From NCBI GenBank assembly GCA_050298055.1, contig JBNKTL010000015.1:26432-90431 (forward strand): 64,000 bases of DNA, given 5' to 3'. How positions within the stretch are numbered: position 1 is the first letter of the stretch; every line of letters starts with the position of its first letter. Shown here piece after piece: positions 1-9,435 of the stretch. The notes under the pieces were generated by a model. It searched no databases. It was given only the letters and a program-made list of their open reading frames with translations, and was not told the origin of the DNA. Origin of the DNA: Spirochaetota bacterium. Its GTDB lineage: Bacteria; Spirochaetota; UBA4802; UBA5550. Position numbers and translations under genes: made by a program.

Positions 1-339
1 GGCGACCTTCATCAACCCAAGAACATTGAACAGAAAATAGTCATCCCGTTTTTCACCGGTTTCCGGATTGATTAATTGCGCGGGAAATGCCTGAAAGTTA
101 TCGACTCCAATCTTTTTAAGCAGGTCGATGAGTGATTTGCTGGCAAGCACCGTACCCCCGGTGAGGAAATGCGGCATTGGTTCGCCCACGGGAAAGTCGT
201 GCTCGAAAACCAGCGGTGGTAACTTGGTGGGGTCTATCATGCTGCCCGACGTTACGCTCTGCTCATATCCCAGCTTTGGCGCCTTTCTGAGGCCGTAATT
301 CACGTAATTACTGGATCTCATTTTGAAATATTTCTTCAT
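1..339 (-). CDS. Imm11/DUF1629-like immunity protein (3' end runs off window)
   Basis: Not in ORF track. Manual translation from ATG 339 gives MKKYFKMRSSNYVNYGL...GVDNFQAFPAQLINPETGEKRDDYFLFNVLGLMKVA, a close paralogue of 2422..3003. Confidence 0.8.
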   Translation of the reverse strand, partial: MKKYFKMRSSNYVNYGLRKAPKLGYEQSVTSGSMIDPTKLPPLVFEHDFPVGEPMPHFLTGGTVLASKSLIDLLKKIGVDNFQAFPAQLINPETGEKRDDYFLFNVLGLMKVA

Positions 340-427
340 CGTTCAGTTCTCTTGTGGTTGTACACCGGTTTGTGATAGTTCATCGTCTCTGCGGAAAGAA
401 AGATCCTCCATTTGTTTACCGCAATCG

Positions 428-1018
428 CTAAATCATCACCCAATCTTCCGGAGCGGTAAATCCAAAGGTATTAATACCGGCAGCCTCAATTGTGTTTTTC
501 AATTCCTCACTCACAAGCGTTGTCATCACATTTTCCGCCAGGCGAAACAACTTGACACCATGAGTTTTACTCTTATCAACGGTAAAACCGTTAATGCCGC
601 TATTAATCAAAAGCGCACCATCATTGTTTTTAATCTTTGATTGACTAAAGTCAACAGCACTTATTAAACCAAGAATATTAAAGGCAAACCAATCGTACTT
701 CTCCTCGGTGCCTCTGTAGCTAATCACAGCCGGATAGTAGTGAATATTATCAACACCTGAACTTTCAAGCAATTTTTTCAGACGGGGCGACATCAATGAA
801 ATTGCATCGTCGTAATAATCCGGCGGAGGCCCGGAATATCCAAAATGCGGCGTTGCTTCGATTAAAATCGTTTTTGCCGGCGGGTCCTCCAGTGCAGCTC
901 CCGTATGCCAGCCGCAGCGGGGGTTGGTGATTAATTCCTCATGTATTTCTAAAAACGGGGCATCATCTTCATCTTCATCAATGCCGGGATTATCCAAATC
1001 ATTGATCACATAATACAT
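428..1018 (-). CDS. Imm11/DUF1629-like immunity protein
   Basis: Family motifs PDY...LMSxRLK..L...GVDNI.YYP...FNILG.I.AVD...LFRL.E...LVSEELK; AGGAG RBS. Confidence 0.75.
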   Translation of the reverse strand: MYYVINDLDNPGIDEDEDDAPFLEIHEELITNPRCGWHTGAALEDPPAKTILIEATPHFGYSGPPPDYYDDAISLMSPRLKKLLESSGVDNIHYYPAVISYRGTEEKYDWFAFNILGLISAVDFSQSKIKNNDGALLINSGINGFTVDKSKTHGVKLFRLAENVMTTLVSEELKNTIEAAGINTFGFTAPEDWVMI

Positions 1019-1161
1019 ATAAAAACTCCTGGGGAGATAATTCTCATATTCGGCTGGAAGTATAAAAACCGAGGATGAATCGTTTTTCTTGAGGGTGAAG
1101 CCGTCATGCTTTTTATTCTTGAGATATTTTTGAACAGGAAACGTCTCTCAGTTGAGCCGTT

Positions 1162-1737
1162 CTAAATACCATATCCATCGTAGTTCCTTGTGTTTTCCAA
1201 AACCACACCCTTTAATCCGGCATCAGCCAGGGCTGTGTAAACCCTTTCGCTGAGAATGATTAGACTTCCATCCTCATGGAGACGGAAAATCTCGGCGCCC
1301 ATGGTACGTTGTTCGTCTATGGTGAAAGACTTAAAATCGAAACCATCACCGAACACGTCTTCCTCGACGTCAGAATGTTCTACATCCAGGCAGCTTATGC
1401 GGCCGATGATATTGGCCAACCAGTAGTCTGTATTGATGGTTTCTGATTTGGCATCCATTAACGCAACCGGGAAGTATTGAATATTCTGGATACCGCAGGC
1501 ATCCAGGCATTTTTTCACTTTGTTGGAAAACAGAGTGAACAGACTGTTAAATACATCCGGGTAAAAATCCCCGCCGGTTGGAGTCAGTGCGATATTAATA
1601 GAACCGGGAGCTGGCGAGAGAATCTCGCCGCTGAGCAGTGTGACTGGATCCAATTCAATATCAGAATTAACCTTGCCCAGGACCGCCGAATTTTCGAGAG
1701 TAACTATTCTCTGGTTTATAAAGTAATATTCAGTCAT
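1162..1737 (-). CDS. Imm11/DUF1629-like immunity protein
   Basis: PD...LFSNKVK...GIQNIQYFPV...YWLANIIGRISCLD...IFRLHE...IILSERV. Confidence 0.75.
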   Translation of the reverse strand: MTEYYFINQRIVTLENSAVLGKVNSDIELDPVTLLSGEILSPAPGSINIALTPTGGDFYPDVFNSLFTLFSNKVKKCLDACGIQNIQYFPVALMDAKSETINTDYWLANIIGRISCLDVEHSDVEEDVFGDGFDFKSFTIDEQRTMGAEIFRLHEDGSLIILSERVYTALADAGLKGVVLENTRNYDGYGI

Positions 1738-1782
1738 ATCAATTAGCCTTTTTTGATTTTTTTCTGCATAATCCAGAGCGCT

Positions 1783-2344
1783 TCAAAAGCCGTCATAATC
1801 ACGTGTGTTACGAAGGCGTAAGCCTTCAAGATTGGCGGACTCGATGGCGTTCTTAATGGTTTCATCAATAATGATGAGCATCTGCTCGTCAGTGAGCCGG
1901 AATATCTTTACTCCATCCGTTTTCTGCGGGTCAATTACGAATGATTTCCAATCATACGTTTCAAGTATTTTGTTATATTTACCGTCACTCTGCTCCTTAT
2001 CGATGCAATCGATCAAACCGATTATGTTGGCCAGCCAGTACTTAATGCCGACTTTGCTTTTTGTTTCATGATTGATCATATCGACTTCATAGTATTGGAT
2101 GTTTTCTACTCCCTGTTGATCAAGGATCGCTTTGAGTTTGTCTGAAAACAACGGAAGCATGAAAGTGATGGCATCAGGAAAAACGACTCCGTTAACCGTC
2201 TTGATTTCTATTGGTACGGGGGTGTGGGCAATTTCTTTCTCACTTCCAGTGAGGAATTCCAGGGCATCCAGGTCCCCGGGAACTTTTCTGACCACAGGCA
2301 TATCCGTGCGGGGTATCCTGCTCCAGGATAAAATATTCCGCCAC
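1783..2344 (-). pseudogene. Imm11/DUF1629-like immunity gene with an apparent +1 frameshift near the 5' end
   Basis: AAGGAG RBS and GTG at 2344 give VAEYFILEQDT, the family-type N-terminus. This start is 43 nt from the main ORF ATG at 2301, so it is out of frame. Removing one base from the G4 run at 2310-2313 joins the frames. Confidence 0.6.
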
Positions 2345-2421
2345 TATCTGTTCTCCTTGTATATTTTCAGGGGGCGGGTATGTAAAACGCTACGTTTCCG
2401 GATTACTCCCCGCGCTCTCTT

Positions 2422-3003
2422 TTAGACAACATCAACTTCTTCCACGATGATTCCCCATCCACCCTCCGGCCGGTATTTCACCAGGGCATCGTCAATGCGC
2501 TCGCTGATTATGATAGTAATGGGCTCCTCGGCGAGCCGGAACATGTCAGCATCACCCACCTGATTTCTATTGATGGTAAGTTTTTTGAAAGCAACCAGGG
2601 GCGCATCAATGCCCTCCGGGTTGCCGTCCATCAATCCATCGTACTCTGATTTCTCCAGGTTGGCAACCTTCATAAGTCCAATTACATTGAACAGAAAATA
2701 GTCATCCCGCTTTTCACCGGTTTCCGGGTTGACTAATTGCGCCGGAAAGGCCTGGAAGTTATTGACGCCAATCCTGGTGAGCAGGTCAATGAGCGTTTTG
2801 CTGGCGAGTACCGTGCCCCCCGTCAGGAAATGCGGCATTGGTTCACCCCGGGGAAAGTCGTGCTCGAAAATGAGCGGCGGCAATTTTGTGGGGTCTATCA
2901 TGCTGCCCGACATTTCGCTCTGCTCATCGTCTATTTCCGGCACCTTTGTAAGGCCGTAATCTACGTAGTTATCGTCTTCCAGTTTAAAATATTTTTTCAT
3001 CAT
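2422..3003 (-). CDS. Imm11/DUF1629-like immunity protein
   Basis: GVNNFQAFPAQL...YFLFNVIGLM...MFRLAEEP..IIISERI. Confidence 0.75.
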   Translation of the reverse strand: MMKKYFKLEDDNYVDYGLTKVPEIDDEQSEMSGSMIDPTKLPPLIFEHDFPRGEPMPHFLTGGTVLASKTLIDLLTRIGVNNFQAFPAQLVNPETGEKRDDYFLFNVIGLMKVANLEKSEYDGLMDGNPEGIDAPLVAFKKLTINRNQVGDADMFRLAEEPITIIISERIDDALVKYRPEGGWGIIVEEVDVV

Positions 3004-3074
3004 TCTCTTACCTCGCAGGTTTCACCGTTTTTTGATAGTTCCTTGCGTATTTCGAAAGAAAGATCTTTCATGAT

Positions 3075-3977
3075 TCATTTATCCCGGTTAAAGAGATCCC
3101 ATCTCTGTGCGATCTCCTCTTTAATTGTCTCTCTTTCATCATCTGTTAAAACAGACTCAAAATGATCCAGTTCTTCGGTTCTCCATTTCATATAATATTC
3201 TTTCGAATCATTGAGCAGTTCTTTCCCATGAGCAGTTGATTCATAATCAAGAAACTCCCGGGTAATGTCTTTCAGAAAAACCGTTCTGTTTTCCTTCAGT
3301 TTTATATATCTGTCAAGACCGTTATCAAGAAATTCTTTAAACTGTTGAGTCCCTCCCTGTCCGCAGCAACTTACATTTCTCGCAATTGCAAGACGGGAAG
3401 TTTCTTTACACCAGCCATATTTATCAATGATCTCCTTAATGTGCCATTGTTGCTCGACTTCATGATCCAGGTCGTTTGTTCTTAAGAAATTTATATAATC
3501 AGGGATCCACTTTTTATCTCGATGAACAAGACTCAGGATAGCGTATGTTCCCGCAGGAGGACCTTCGCCGTACTCATCAGCTATCCAGATTCGTGTTCCT
3601 TCTTCCCCATCATCTGTTACCCTGCAATAATCCAGGACTTTAGAGGCCAGGAAATCATGCTTTGATACATTTTCAAAAAATTCTTTTTCCTCGAGGTTTT
3701 GAATATTTCCCTTTTCATCGCTGAATTCTATTACAAACTTCATGCTTTCCAGCCTGTTATTGTGATGATATATCACATCAGTTTGTTCATCAGGATAGAG
3801 TGCTTTTATTTCCTTTACAGAAGAAATCATGGCTTCAAGGATCCGTTCCAGATCACCCCCTGTTAACCATTCATCTGATGCATCTTTATCTAAGATTTTC
3901 TTCCGGTTGATTTCTTTGCTGTCATAATCATCACCGGTGCAACCGTAGGCATTTATTAATATTTTTATTTTATTCAT
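3075..3977 (-). CDS. Hypothetical protein, DUF6138-like; possibly an immunity protein by context
   Basis: Motif GTYAILSL...YINFL...DLDHEVEQ...IIDKYGW. ATG 3977 preferred over TTG 3992. Confidence 0.45.
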   Translation of the reverse strand: MNKIKILINAYGCTGDDYDSKEINRKKILDKDASDEWLTGGDLERILEAMISSVKEIKALYPDEQTDVIYHHNNRLESMKFVIEFSDEKGNIQNLEEKEFFENVSKHDFLASKVLDYCRVTDDGEEGTRIWIADEYGEGPPAGTYAILSLVHRDKKWIPDYINFLRTNDLDHEVEQQWHIKEIIDKYGWCKETSRLAIARNVSCCGQGGTQQFKEFLDNGLDRYIKLKENRTVFLKDITREFLDYESTAHGKELLNDSKEYYMKWRTEELDHFESVLTDDERETIKEEIAQRWDLFNRDK

Positions 3978-4062
3978 AGCAATACTATCCAATATTTGTT
4001 TTTAATAAATTCCGCTGAGTATCAACTACATAAAGCCCGCTCTGCTTTTAACATTAATGATA

Positions 4063-4617
4063 TTAAAATCTATGGGCATCATTCCATCCATCTGCCTGTC
4101 TCATTTCACATCCGGTTATCAGATGATTTGACAGTGTGTTTTTCAATCTCTCAGATATAAAGATTATATCCTGGTACTCATCTGCGCGGAACATATCAGG
4201 CGCGCCATCAGGCAAATTTAACTTTAAACTGAAAACTCTTGCGATCACCGGGCCAAATGTAGAGCAATCAGTATTCTCCCTATCGAAACATTGCATACGG
4301 CCAACTACATTAAGTAAAAAACGGTCTTTAATGACAGAATCTTCAAAGCGGACTTCCACGGGAAAACTCTGATAGTTCTCCACACCAGACTCATTAAGTG
4401 CGTCTAAAAACCTCCGGTTTACCAGGGGAGCGCCGCCGACTTCCAGGTAGTCGGGCAATTCAATTGCGGCAGACTCCACCTCTATGAATAACTCCCCGCC
4501 GGTGAGGCCGGAAGGAAGAAGATCACCTTTCAGGAAATCCAGCCCAAATCCGCCATCTCCTTCATAAACAAGGTGGGAAACTAATTCTACCGGCTTTGAT
4601 TCCAATACATAGTACAT
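4063..4617 (-). CDS. Imm11/DUF1629-like immunity protein
   Basis: Start reassigned to MYYVLES (ATG 4617, AGGAG RBS), which removes the overlap with the upstream gene. PDY...LVNRRF...GVENYQSFPV...LLNVVG...MFRADE...IFISERLK. Confidence 0.75.
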   Translation of the reverse strand: MYYVLESKPVELVSHLVYEGDGGFGLDFLKGDLLPSGLTGGELFIEVESAAIELPDYLEVGGAPLVNRRFLDALNESGVENYQSFPVEVRFEDSVIKDRFLLNVVGRMQCFDRENTDCSTFGPVIARVFSLKLNLPDGAPDMFRADEYQDIIFISERLKNTLSNHLITGCEMRQADGWNDAHRF

Positions 4618-4630
4618 AATTCGCTCCTGT

Positions 4631-5203
4631 TTATATCTCATCAATGGGAAAACATGAAATTTGCCACTTGTCTCCTTTGGGGTTCGGATTATTATCGAGA
4701 GCATATAAAAGTTTTTCATGAACGATTATTATACCGGGTTGTTCTGCAGGTCGAAAAATCAGTTTATCCTGCGTCTTGCCTGGATCAATAACAAGCTTTT
4801 GAAATTTATAAAGGGGTGTTGCATCGCCGGGACGTTTTGCAATTTCAGTTACTGAGGAGGCATCAATATCAGCACAGGCTATTTTACCGATAATATTTAC
4901 TGCGAAATAATAATCCCAGACCTGTTTTGCTTTTTCATTGATCAAAACAGCGTCAAACAGCTGCAAATTATCAACCCCGCATTTTTCAAAGACATTTACC
5001 AAACCCTCAGAGAATGCGGGTACGCTGATCCCCATCACAGCCCCCGGCGGGTCATCGGAAGGGTTATCAACCAAAAACCTCATTGGTTCTTGGAATTTTT
5101 GAGTTAATTGATCCCCCGATGTGAAAAATACCCCAACCGGAACTTCAGGATCTTTTACTGTCCCAAAATCAGAATAAATATATTCTTTTATACGATAATA
5201 CAT
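4631..5203 (-). CDS. Imm11/DUF1629-like immunity protein
   Basis: MYYRI...GVDNLQLFDA...YFAVNIIGKIACAD...IFRPAE...IIIVHEKL. Confidence 0.72.
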   Translation of the reverse strand: MYYRIKEYIYSDFGTVKDPEVPVGVFFTSGDQLTQKFQEPMRFLVDNPSDDPPGAVMGISVPAFSEGLVNVFEKCGVDNLQLFDAVLINEKAKQVWDYYFAVNIIGKIACADIDASSVTEIAKRPGDATPLYKFQKLVIDPGKTQDKLIFRPAEQPGIIIVHEKLLYALDNNPNPKGDKWQISCFPIDEI

Positions 5204-5215
5204 ACAATCAGGTTC

Positions 5216-5764
5216 TCAAATGCCGTCGTATTCCTCAGTCGGTTGCAAAAGTACCGCCGACCATTCATGTTTCATAAGCTCTTCCGCAATCTCCCGGGAC
5301 ACAACAATGAAGCCGGGTCCGTTTTGCAACCTGAAAAAACGGGCGCCATTTACTTTGTTCTCATCAATCACAATCGTGCCGGTAAAATAAGGTCTCTTTA
5401 ACCTGAGGCGATATTCGGAATTCTCCAGGTCAACCGCGTCAATAGAGCCGATGACATTCACCGCAAAGAAGCCCTGGTACTTTTTGCCCTTATCGTTGAG
5501 GGTCACGGGATAGCGGTCAATGTTATTTATCCCCAGGCTCTCCAGGAAAGTCAAAAGTTTTTCCGACATCACGGGGATGGTAGTGTCAAAGAAATCGGGG
5601 AAAACCGTGCCGTAGCTTGAGTCCAGGATCAGCTCCTGGGGAGCGAGTGGTTTTTCAAAAGCCTGTCCGGCAATCCAGTTCAGCTCACCGGTTTCCTTCA
5701 TATGCCCGGCTATCTCGATTATGTTTTGCGCTTTAAACAGGTCCTGCCTGAGAAAATAGTACAT
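5216..5764 (-). CDS. Imm11/DUF1629-like immunity protein (first gene of array)
   Basis: MYYFLRQD...PDFF...VMSEKL...GINNIDRYPV...FAVNVIGSIDAVD...FFRL...IVVSREI. Confidence 0.78.
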   Translation of the reverse strand: MYYFLRQDLFKAQNIIEIAGHMKETGELNWIAGQAFEKPLAPQELILDSSYGTVFPDFFDTTIPVMSEKLLTFLESLGINNIDRYPVTLNDKGKKYQGFFAVNVIGSIDAVDLENSEYRLRLKRPYFTGTIVIDENKVNGARFFRLQNGPGFIVVSREIAEELMKHEWSAVLLQPTEEYDGI

Positions 5765-5918
5765 GTTATCCTTCCTCGAATGTTATTGGTATTTTTCTGC
5801 GAATCTCATTCTTTCTTCGCACTTATTTGTCTTTTTCAGGGGGATTATATGATCTCCTTGAAACCGGTATGCTCCGAATGCCCCTGGCAGAGGCTATGTT
5901 TTGTGGAGTAAAAAAATC

Positions 5919-5991
5919 AGCCAGCAAGCGGAATCGAACCGCTGACCTGCTCATTACGAGTGAGCTGCTCTACCATCTGAGCTATGCTGGC
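5919..5991 (-). tRNA. tRNA-Thr (anticodon CGT), CCA not encoded
   Basis: GCCAGCATAGCTCAGATGGTAGAGCAGCTCACTCGTAATGAGCAGGTCAGCGGTTCGATTCCGCTTGCTGGCT folds as a cloverleaf with loop CT-CGT-AA and a GTTCGA T-loop. Confidence 0.95.
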
Positions 5992-5999
5992 GATGGGTA

Positions 6000-6028
6000 A
6001 AGATAGTAATTGGTAAATTATTCGTCAA
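6000..6028 (-). promoter_or_regulatory. sigma70-type promoter of the tRNA
   Basis: TTGACG-17 nt-TATCTT, ending 8 nt before the tRNA 5' end. Confidence 0.6.
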
Positions 6029-6051
6029 GTCTTCCTTCATTTTTTCCCCAT

Positions 6052-6114
6052 CCCCCTGAGGGGGCGTAAGATTTTATATCATAACTTTCTTATGCTCCCC
6101 TGGGGGGTAGGGGC
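6052..6114. repeat. REP-like GC hairpin pair
   Basis: CCCCCTGAGGGGG and CTCCCCTGGGGGGTAGGGG; a similar CTCCCCCCCTTGTAAGGGGGGAG hairpin lies at ~37596-37618. Confidence 0.4.
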
Positions 6115-6203
6115 CTCCTTCGTGAGCTTTGTTTAGACCTCTTCAGCTCAAAAGAAAATTAATACTTGAAGAAAAAAAAGCTCTCTGCTCTATTGTGAAT
6201 ATA

Positions 6204-8714
6204 ATGAGTGCAAGAGTTATCATAAAAAACATTTTATTTTTCATAATCATAATCCTTCTCCTCGCCGGTTCGCTCTCCGCGGCTTCTCCTGTGATTATCA
6301 ACGAACGGGTAGACGAACTTCCTCTTAACCCTTACCTTGAAATTATGAAGGAGGGAAAAAAGAAGTATTCCCTGGAGGATTTTAAAAAGAAGGAAATTTC
6401 GGATATGTTCGTTTCTTCCCGGAACCGGAACCCGCTTTTTACATTTTCTTCCGCCGTGTACTGGTTCAGGTTCCGTGTGAAAAACGGGATGGGAAGTGAT
6501 TTTAACTGGTTTCTAGAGATATCAAATCCCATGCTTAAAAATATCCATATCTATCTTCTGGACGACCGTGGGAGAATTACCCGGAGGGAAATAAGCGGCG
6601 GGGACTACCCTTTTTCGCATAAAAAGATCAGACACAGAAATTTTGTCTTTAATTTTACCGAAAAAACTGGCAAAGAGCAGGTATACTATATCCGGATCCA
6701 GACCGAGTATTTCACAAACCCCTCTTTCACCATGTATTCAGCCGGGACCTTCCATAAAGTTAATGACAGGGAGCAGGTTGCTCTGGGGATCTACTTTGGC
6801 GCCCTGCTGGTGATGGTTATCTATAACCTCTTTATCTTTTTCAGCCTGCGGGACAAAAGTTATCTCTATTATGTTCTCTACTATTCTGTCTCCCTGCTTT
6901 TCAATCTCAGTCTCACCGGTCTTGCTTTCCGGTATCTCTGGCCAGAGTCAACATGGTGGGTGACAAAAAGTTTTCCTGTCTATATCTTTGTGCTGACGAT
7001 TCTCGGTATACAATTTTCACGGTCTTTCCTGGAACTGCCGCGTTTGATCCCGGAACATGATAATATCTTTAAAGGAATAGCCGTTATCAGCGGGATACTC
7101 ATATTTGTATCCTTTTTCTTTGATTTTCCATTCATACTGAGAACAGGGATCTCCATAATGGTGATCTCAATTGCCCTGGTTTTCGTTGCAATCTACAGGA
7201 TAATGAACAGGAAGTTCAGGCCCGCGCGTTTTTTATTTTTTTCCCTGGGATTTTTCTGTATCGGTACTCTTATCTATGGTTTGATCACAATTACTGTCAT
7301 TCCCGATAATTTCTTTTCCCGGGCGGCATACCAGGCTGCTTCACTTCTCGAGGTTGTAACAATAACCCTCGGTCTTGCCGACAGGATAAACTTCAAGAAG
7401 AAAGAATCAGAGAATATGAGGTTGATCCTGGAAAACCTCGTAAACCGGCGGACAGATGAGCTGAACTCCGCCCTGAAAGAGATGAAGAAGAAAGACCGGG
7501 AACTGCAGATAGAGCTTGGCCTGGCTGCAAATATCCAGGATGGTATACTCCCCCGGATGCCTTATTCCGCAAGGGGGATTAATATCGATGCGTTTCTCAG
7601 CCCCATGGGAAAAGTCAGCGGTGATTTTTATGATATTTTTCAGATGAGCGGAGGCTATCTCGGTGTTGTAGCAGCAGATGTTTCCGGGCACGGGATGCCG
7701 GCGGCATTTATTACGGCCATGGCCAAGATCAATTTTTCCGAGGCTATTCAGAACAACCTCTTTCCCGCGGATATCTTCAGGGAAGTCAACAGTGCTCTTG
7801 TTGATGTCATAAAAACAGATGACTTTCTCACCGCTTTTTTTCTTGTTATCAGTCCCACCTATGAAATTTTCTACTGTAATGGATCTTTCCTGCACCCAAT
7901 GCTCTTTCGAAAAAAAGATTTTACCATAAAAAAGCTTGATACAAACGGTCTCTTCCTGGGTTCGCTTTTAACAGCAAACGAGATGTATGAAGACGGACGG
8001 GACCAGCTTAACTACGGGGACAGAATCCTTCTTTTCAGTGACGGGATCATTGAATCCAGGAACAGAAATAATGAAATATTCGGTGAAAAGAGACTGCGGC
8101 TTCTCTTTCTCCAGACCAGTCACATGTCTGTGAGTGACGCCAGGAATAGATTAGTTTCTGAATGGAAAAATTTTGCAGAAAACCGGGAACAGGCAGATGA
8201 TGTTTCTTTTGTGATTATTGAAATTGACCCTGCATATGAAAACCTGATTAAATACAGGGATGAAGGATTCAGATTTCTTACCCTGGGGAAAATCAAGGAA
8301 GCCATAGATATTTTAAAGCTTGCTGTTGATATTGACAGTAATGACGAAAAAAGTCATCTCTATCTCGGTGAGTCCTACCTGAAGGACAGGAACTATCTGA
8401 AGGCAGTGGAGCACCTGAACAGGTACCTGAAAAATAATGAAATTGATGCCAATGTCTGGTACCACCTGGCACAGGCCTATTTTAACCTGGGCAACTACAC
8501 CATGGCCAATGAGACAGCCCTTAAGGCCGCGAAACTCAGGTCGGATTCGGCGGATGTCCTGGTACTCTCCGGTCTCTCCCTGAGGGACCTGGGGCAGAAC
8601 CGGGAAGCCAGGAAAGTCTGGGAAAGGCTTCTCAGTATAGAACCGAACAACCAGCTTGCCCTCATGGAGCTTAAAATGATTAATGATGTTGATAAAAAGG
8701 ATGAACATCACTAG
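6204..8714 (+). CDS. 7TM-DISM sensor with SpoIIE/PP2C phosphatase and C-terminal TPRs
   Basis: YWFRF extracellular DISMED2-like domain, 7 TM helices, SGDFYD / ADVSGHG / FSDGIIE / DDVS PP2C motifs, TPR tail. Start uncertain (6129 or 6204). Confidence 0.85.
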   Translation: MSARVIIKNILFFIIIILLLAGSLSAASPVIINERVDELPLNPYLEIMKEGKKKYSLEDFKKKEISDMFVSSRNRNPLFTFSSAVYWFRFRVKNGMGSDFNWFLEISNPMLKNIHIYLLDDRGRITRREISGGDYPFSHKKIRHRNFVFNFTEKTGKEQVYYIRIQTEYFTNPSFTMYSAGTFHKVNDREQVALGIYFGALLVMVIYNLFIFFSLRDKSYLYYVLYYSVSLLFNLSLTGLAFRYLWPESTWWVTKSFPVYIFVLTILGIQFSRSFLELPRLIPEHDNIFKGIAVISGILIFVSFFFDFPFILRTGISIMVISIALVFVAIYRIMNRKFRPARFLFFSLGFFCIGTLIYGLITITVIPDNFFSRAAYQAASLLEVVTITLGLADRINFKKKESENMRLILENLVNRRTDELNSALKEMKKKDRELQIELGLAANIQDGILPRMPYSARGINIDAFLSPMGKVSGDFYDIFQMSGGYLGVVAADVSGHGMPAAFITAMAKINFSEAIQNNLFPADIFREVNSALVDVIKTDDFLTAFFLVISPTYEIFYCNGSFLHPMLFRKKDFTIKKLDTNGLFLGSLLTANEMYEDGRDQLNYGDRILLFSDGIIESRNRNNEIFGEKRLRLLFLQTSHMSVSDARNRLVSEWKNFAENREQADDVSFVIIEIDPAYENLIKYRDEGFRFLTLGKIKEAIDILKLAVDIDSNDEKSHLYLGESYLKDRNYLKAVEHLNRYLKNNEIDANVWYHLAQAYFNLGNYTMANETALKAAKLRSDSADVLVLSGLSLRDLGQNREARKVWERLLSIEPNNQLALMELKMINDVDKKDEHH

Positions 8715-9318
8715 GTTCCTTCCTGTTATATCAATGATCTTTCTCCTGTGGGAGCATCCTGTTTTCCCGCAGATAAAAAAACCGGTTGATCCCCATACTC
8801 CTTCCGTTGATTTAAAAAAGAGGAAGAGCGTACAGTTCTACCCGGTGTTTATCGATTTTCCCCGGGATAAGAAGATCAGGGGAAATGTCATTTTTAATTT
8901 CATGAAGATAAGAGTTCCCGGAAAAGAGAATGGAGGCACCCGGTATATAAAAATATCAGATATCAAATCCATAGATTTTCTGAAATGGAGTGGAAAGGAA
9001 TACCGTAAAAATTCATACCTCTTTAAGCCGTCAACCATAAAGATCACCCTTAACGACGGATCTTCTTTGACAATAGAGGGGAACATTCCCCGCCTGAACA
9101 GGATCAGCTTTTTGTCGAATGGGAGGAGCGGAAAGAGAAGAATATACTCGCTGTTTTACGATTACTTTACGAAGGGGAAATGGGTAAATTCCGGCAGGAG
9201 TGAAAAGAGCTACCCTGAAGAAAATCCCCACAGGGAGACCCTGGTAAGGATTCAATTCCTCGAAACAGAAAAAAAAGATATATTAACCGAGGAGATATTG
9301 AAGTTTATCAAAAAATAA
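8701..9318 (+). CDS. Hypothetical exported protein
   Basis: ORF overlapping the upstream stop, with a hydrophobic N-terminus. Confidence 0.6.
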   Translation: MNITRFLPVISMIFLLWEHPVFPQIKKPVDPHTPSVDLKKRKSVQFYPVFIDFPRDKKIRGNVIFNFMKIRVPGKENGGTRYIKISDIKSIDFLKWSGKEYRKNSYLFKPSTIKITLNDGSSLTIEGNIPRLNRISFLSNGRSGKRRIYSLFYDYFTKGKWVNSGRSEKSYPEENPHRETLVRIQFLETEKKDILTEEILKFIKK

Positions 9319-9370
9319 ACCCCGGTCCCCGTAGAGGCGTTGCATGCAACGCCTCTACGGGGACCGGGGT
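9319..9370. repeat. Perfect 52-bp palindrome with a REP-like core
   Basis: ACCCCGGTCCCCGTAGAGGCGTTGCA|TGCAACGCCTCTACGGGGACCGGGGT, immediately after a stop codon. Confidence 0.9.
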
Positions 9371-9435
9371 AAAAAAAACCTTGACAAATCTCTCTATTAG
9401 AAATCTATGCATATTTGTCAGCTAATGAGTATACA

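Noticed and set aside
4618..4719. N-terminal extension of ORF 4063..4719
   Set aside because: Overlaps the upstream gene; the RBS and family alignment favour ATG 4617.
1..5764. attC or dif-like recombination sites between the immunity genes
   Set aside because: The spacers share no common motif that I can see, apart from the one homologous pair; some are only 12-13 nt.
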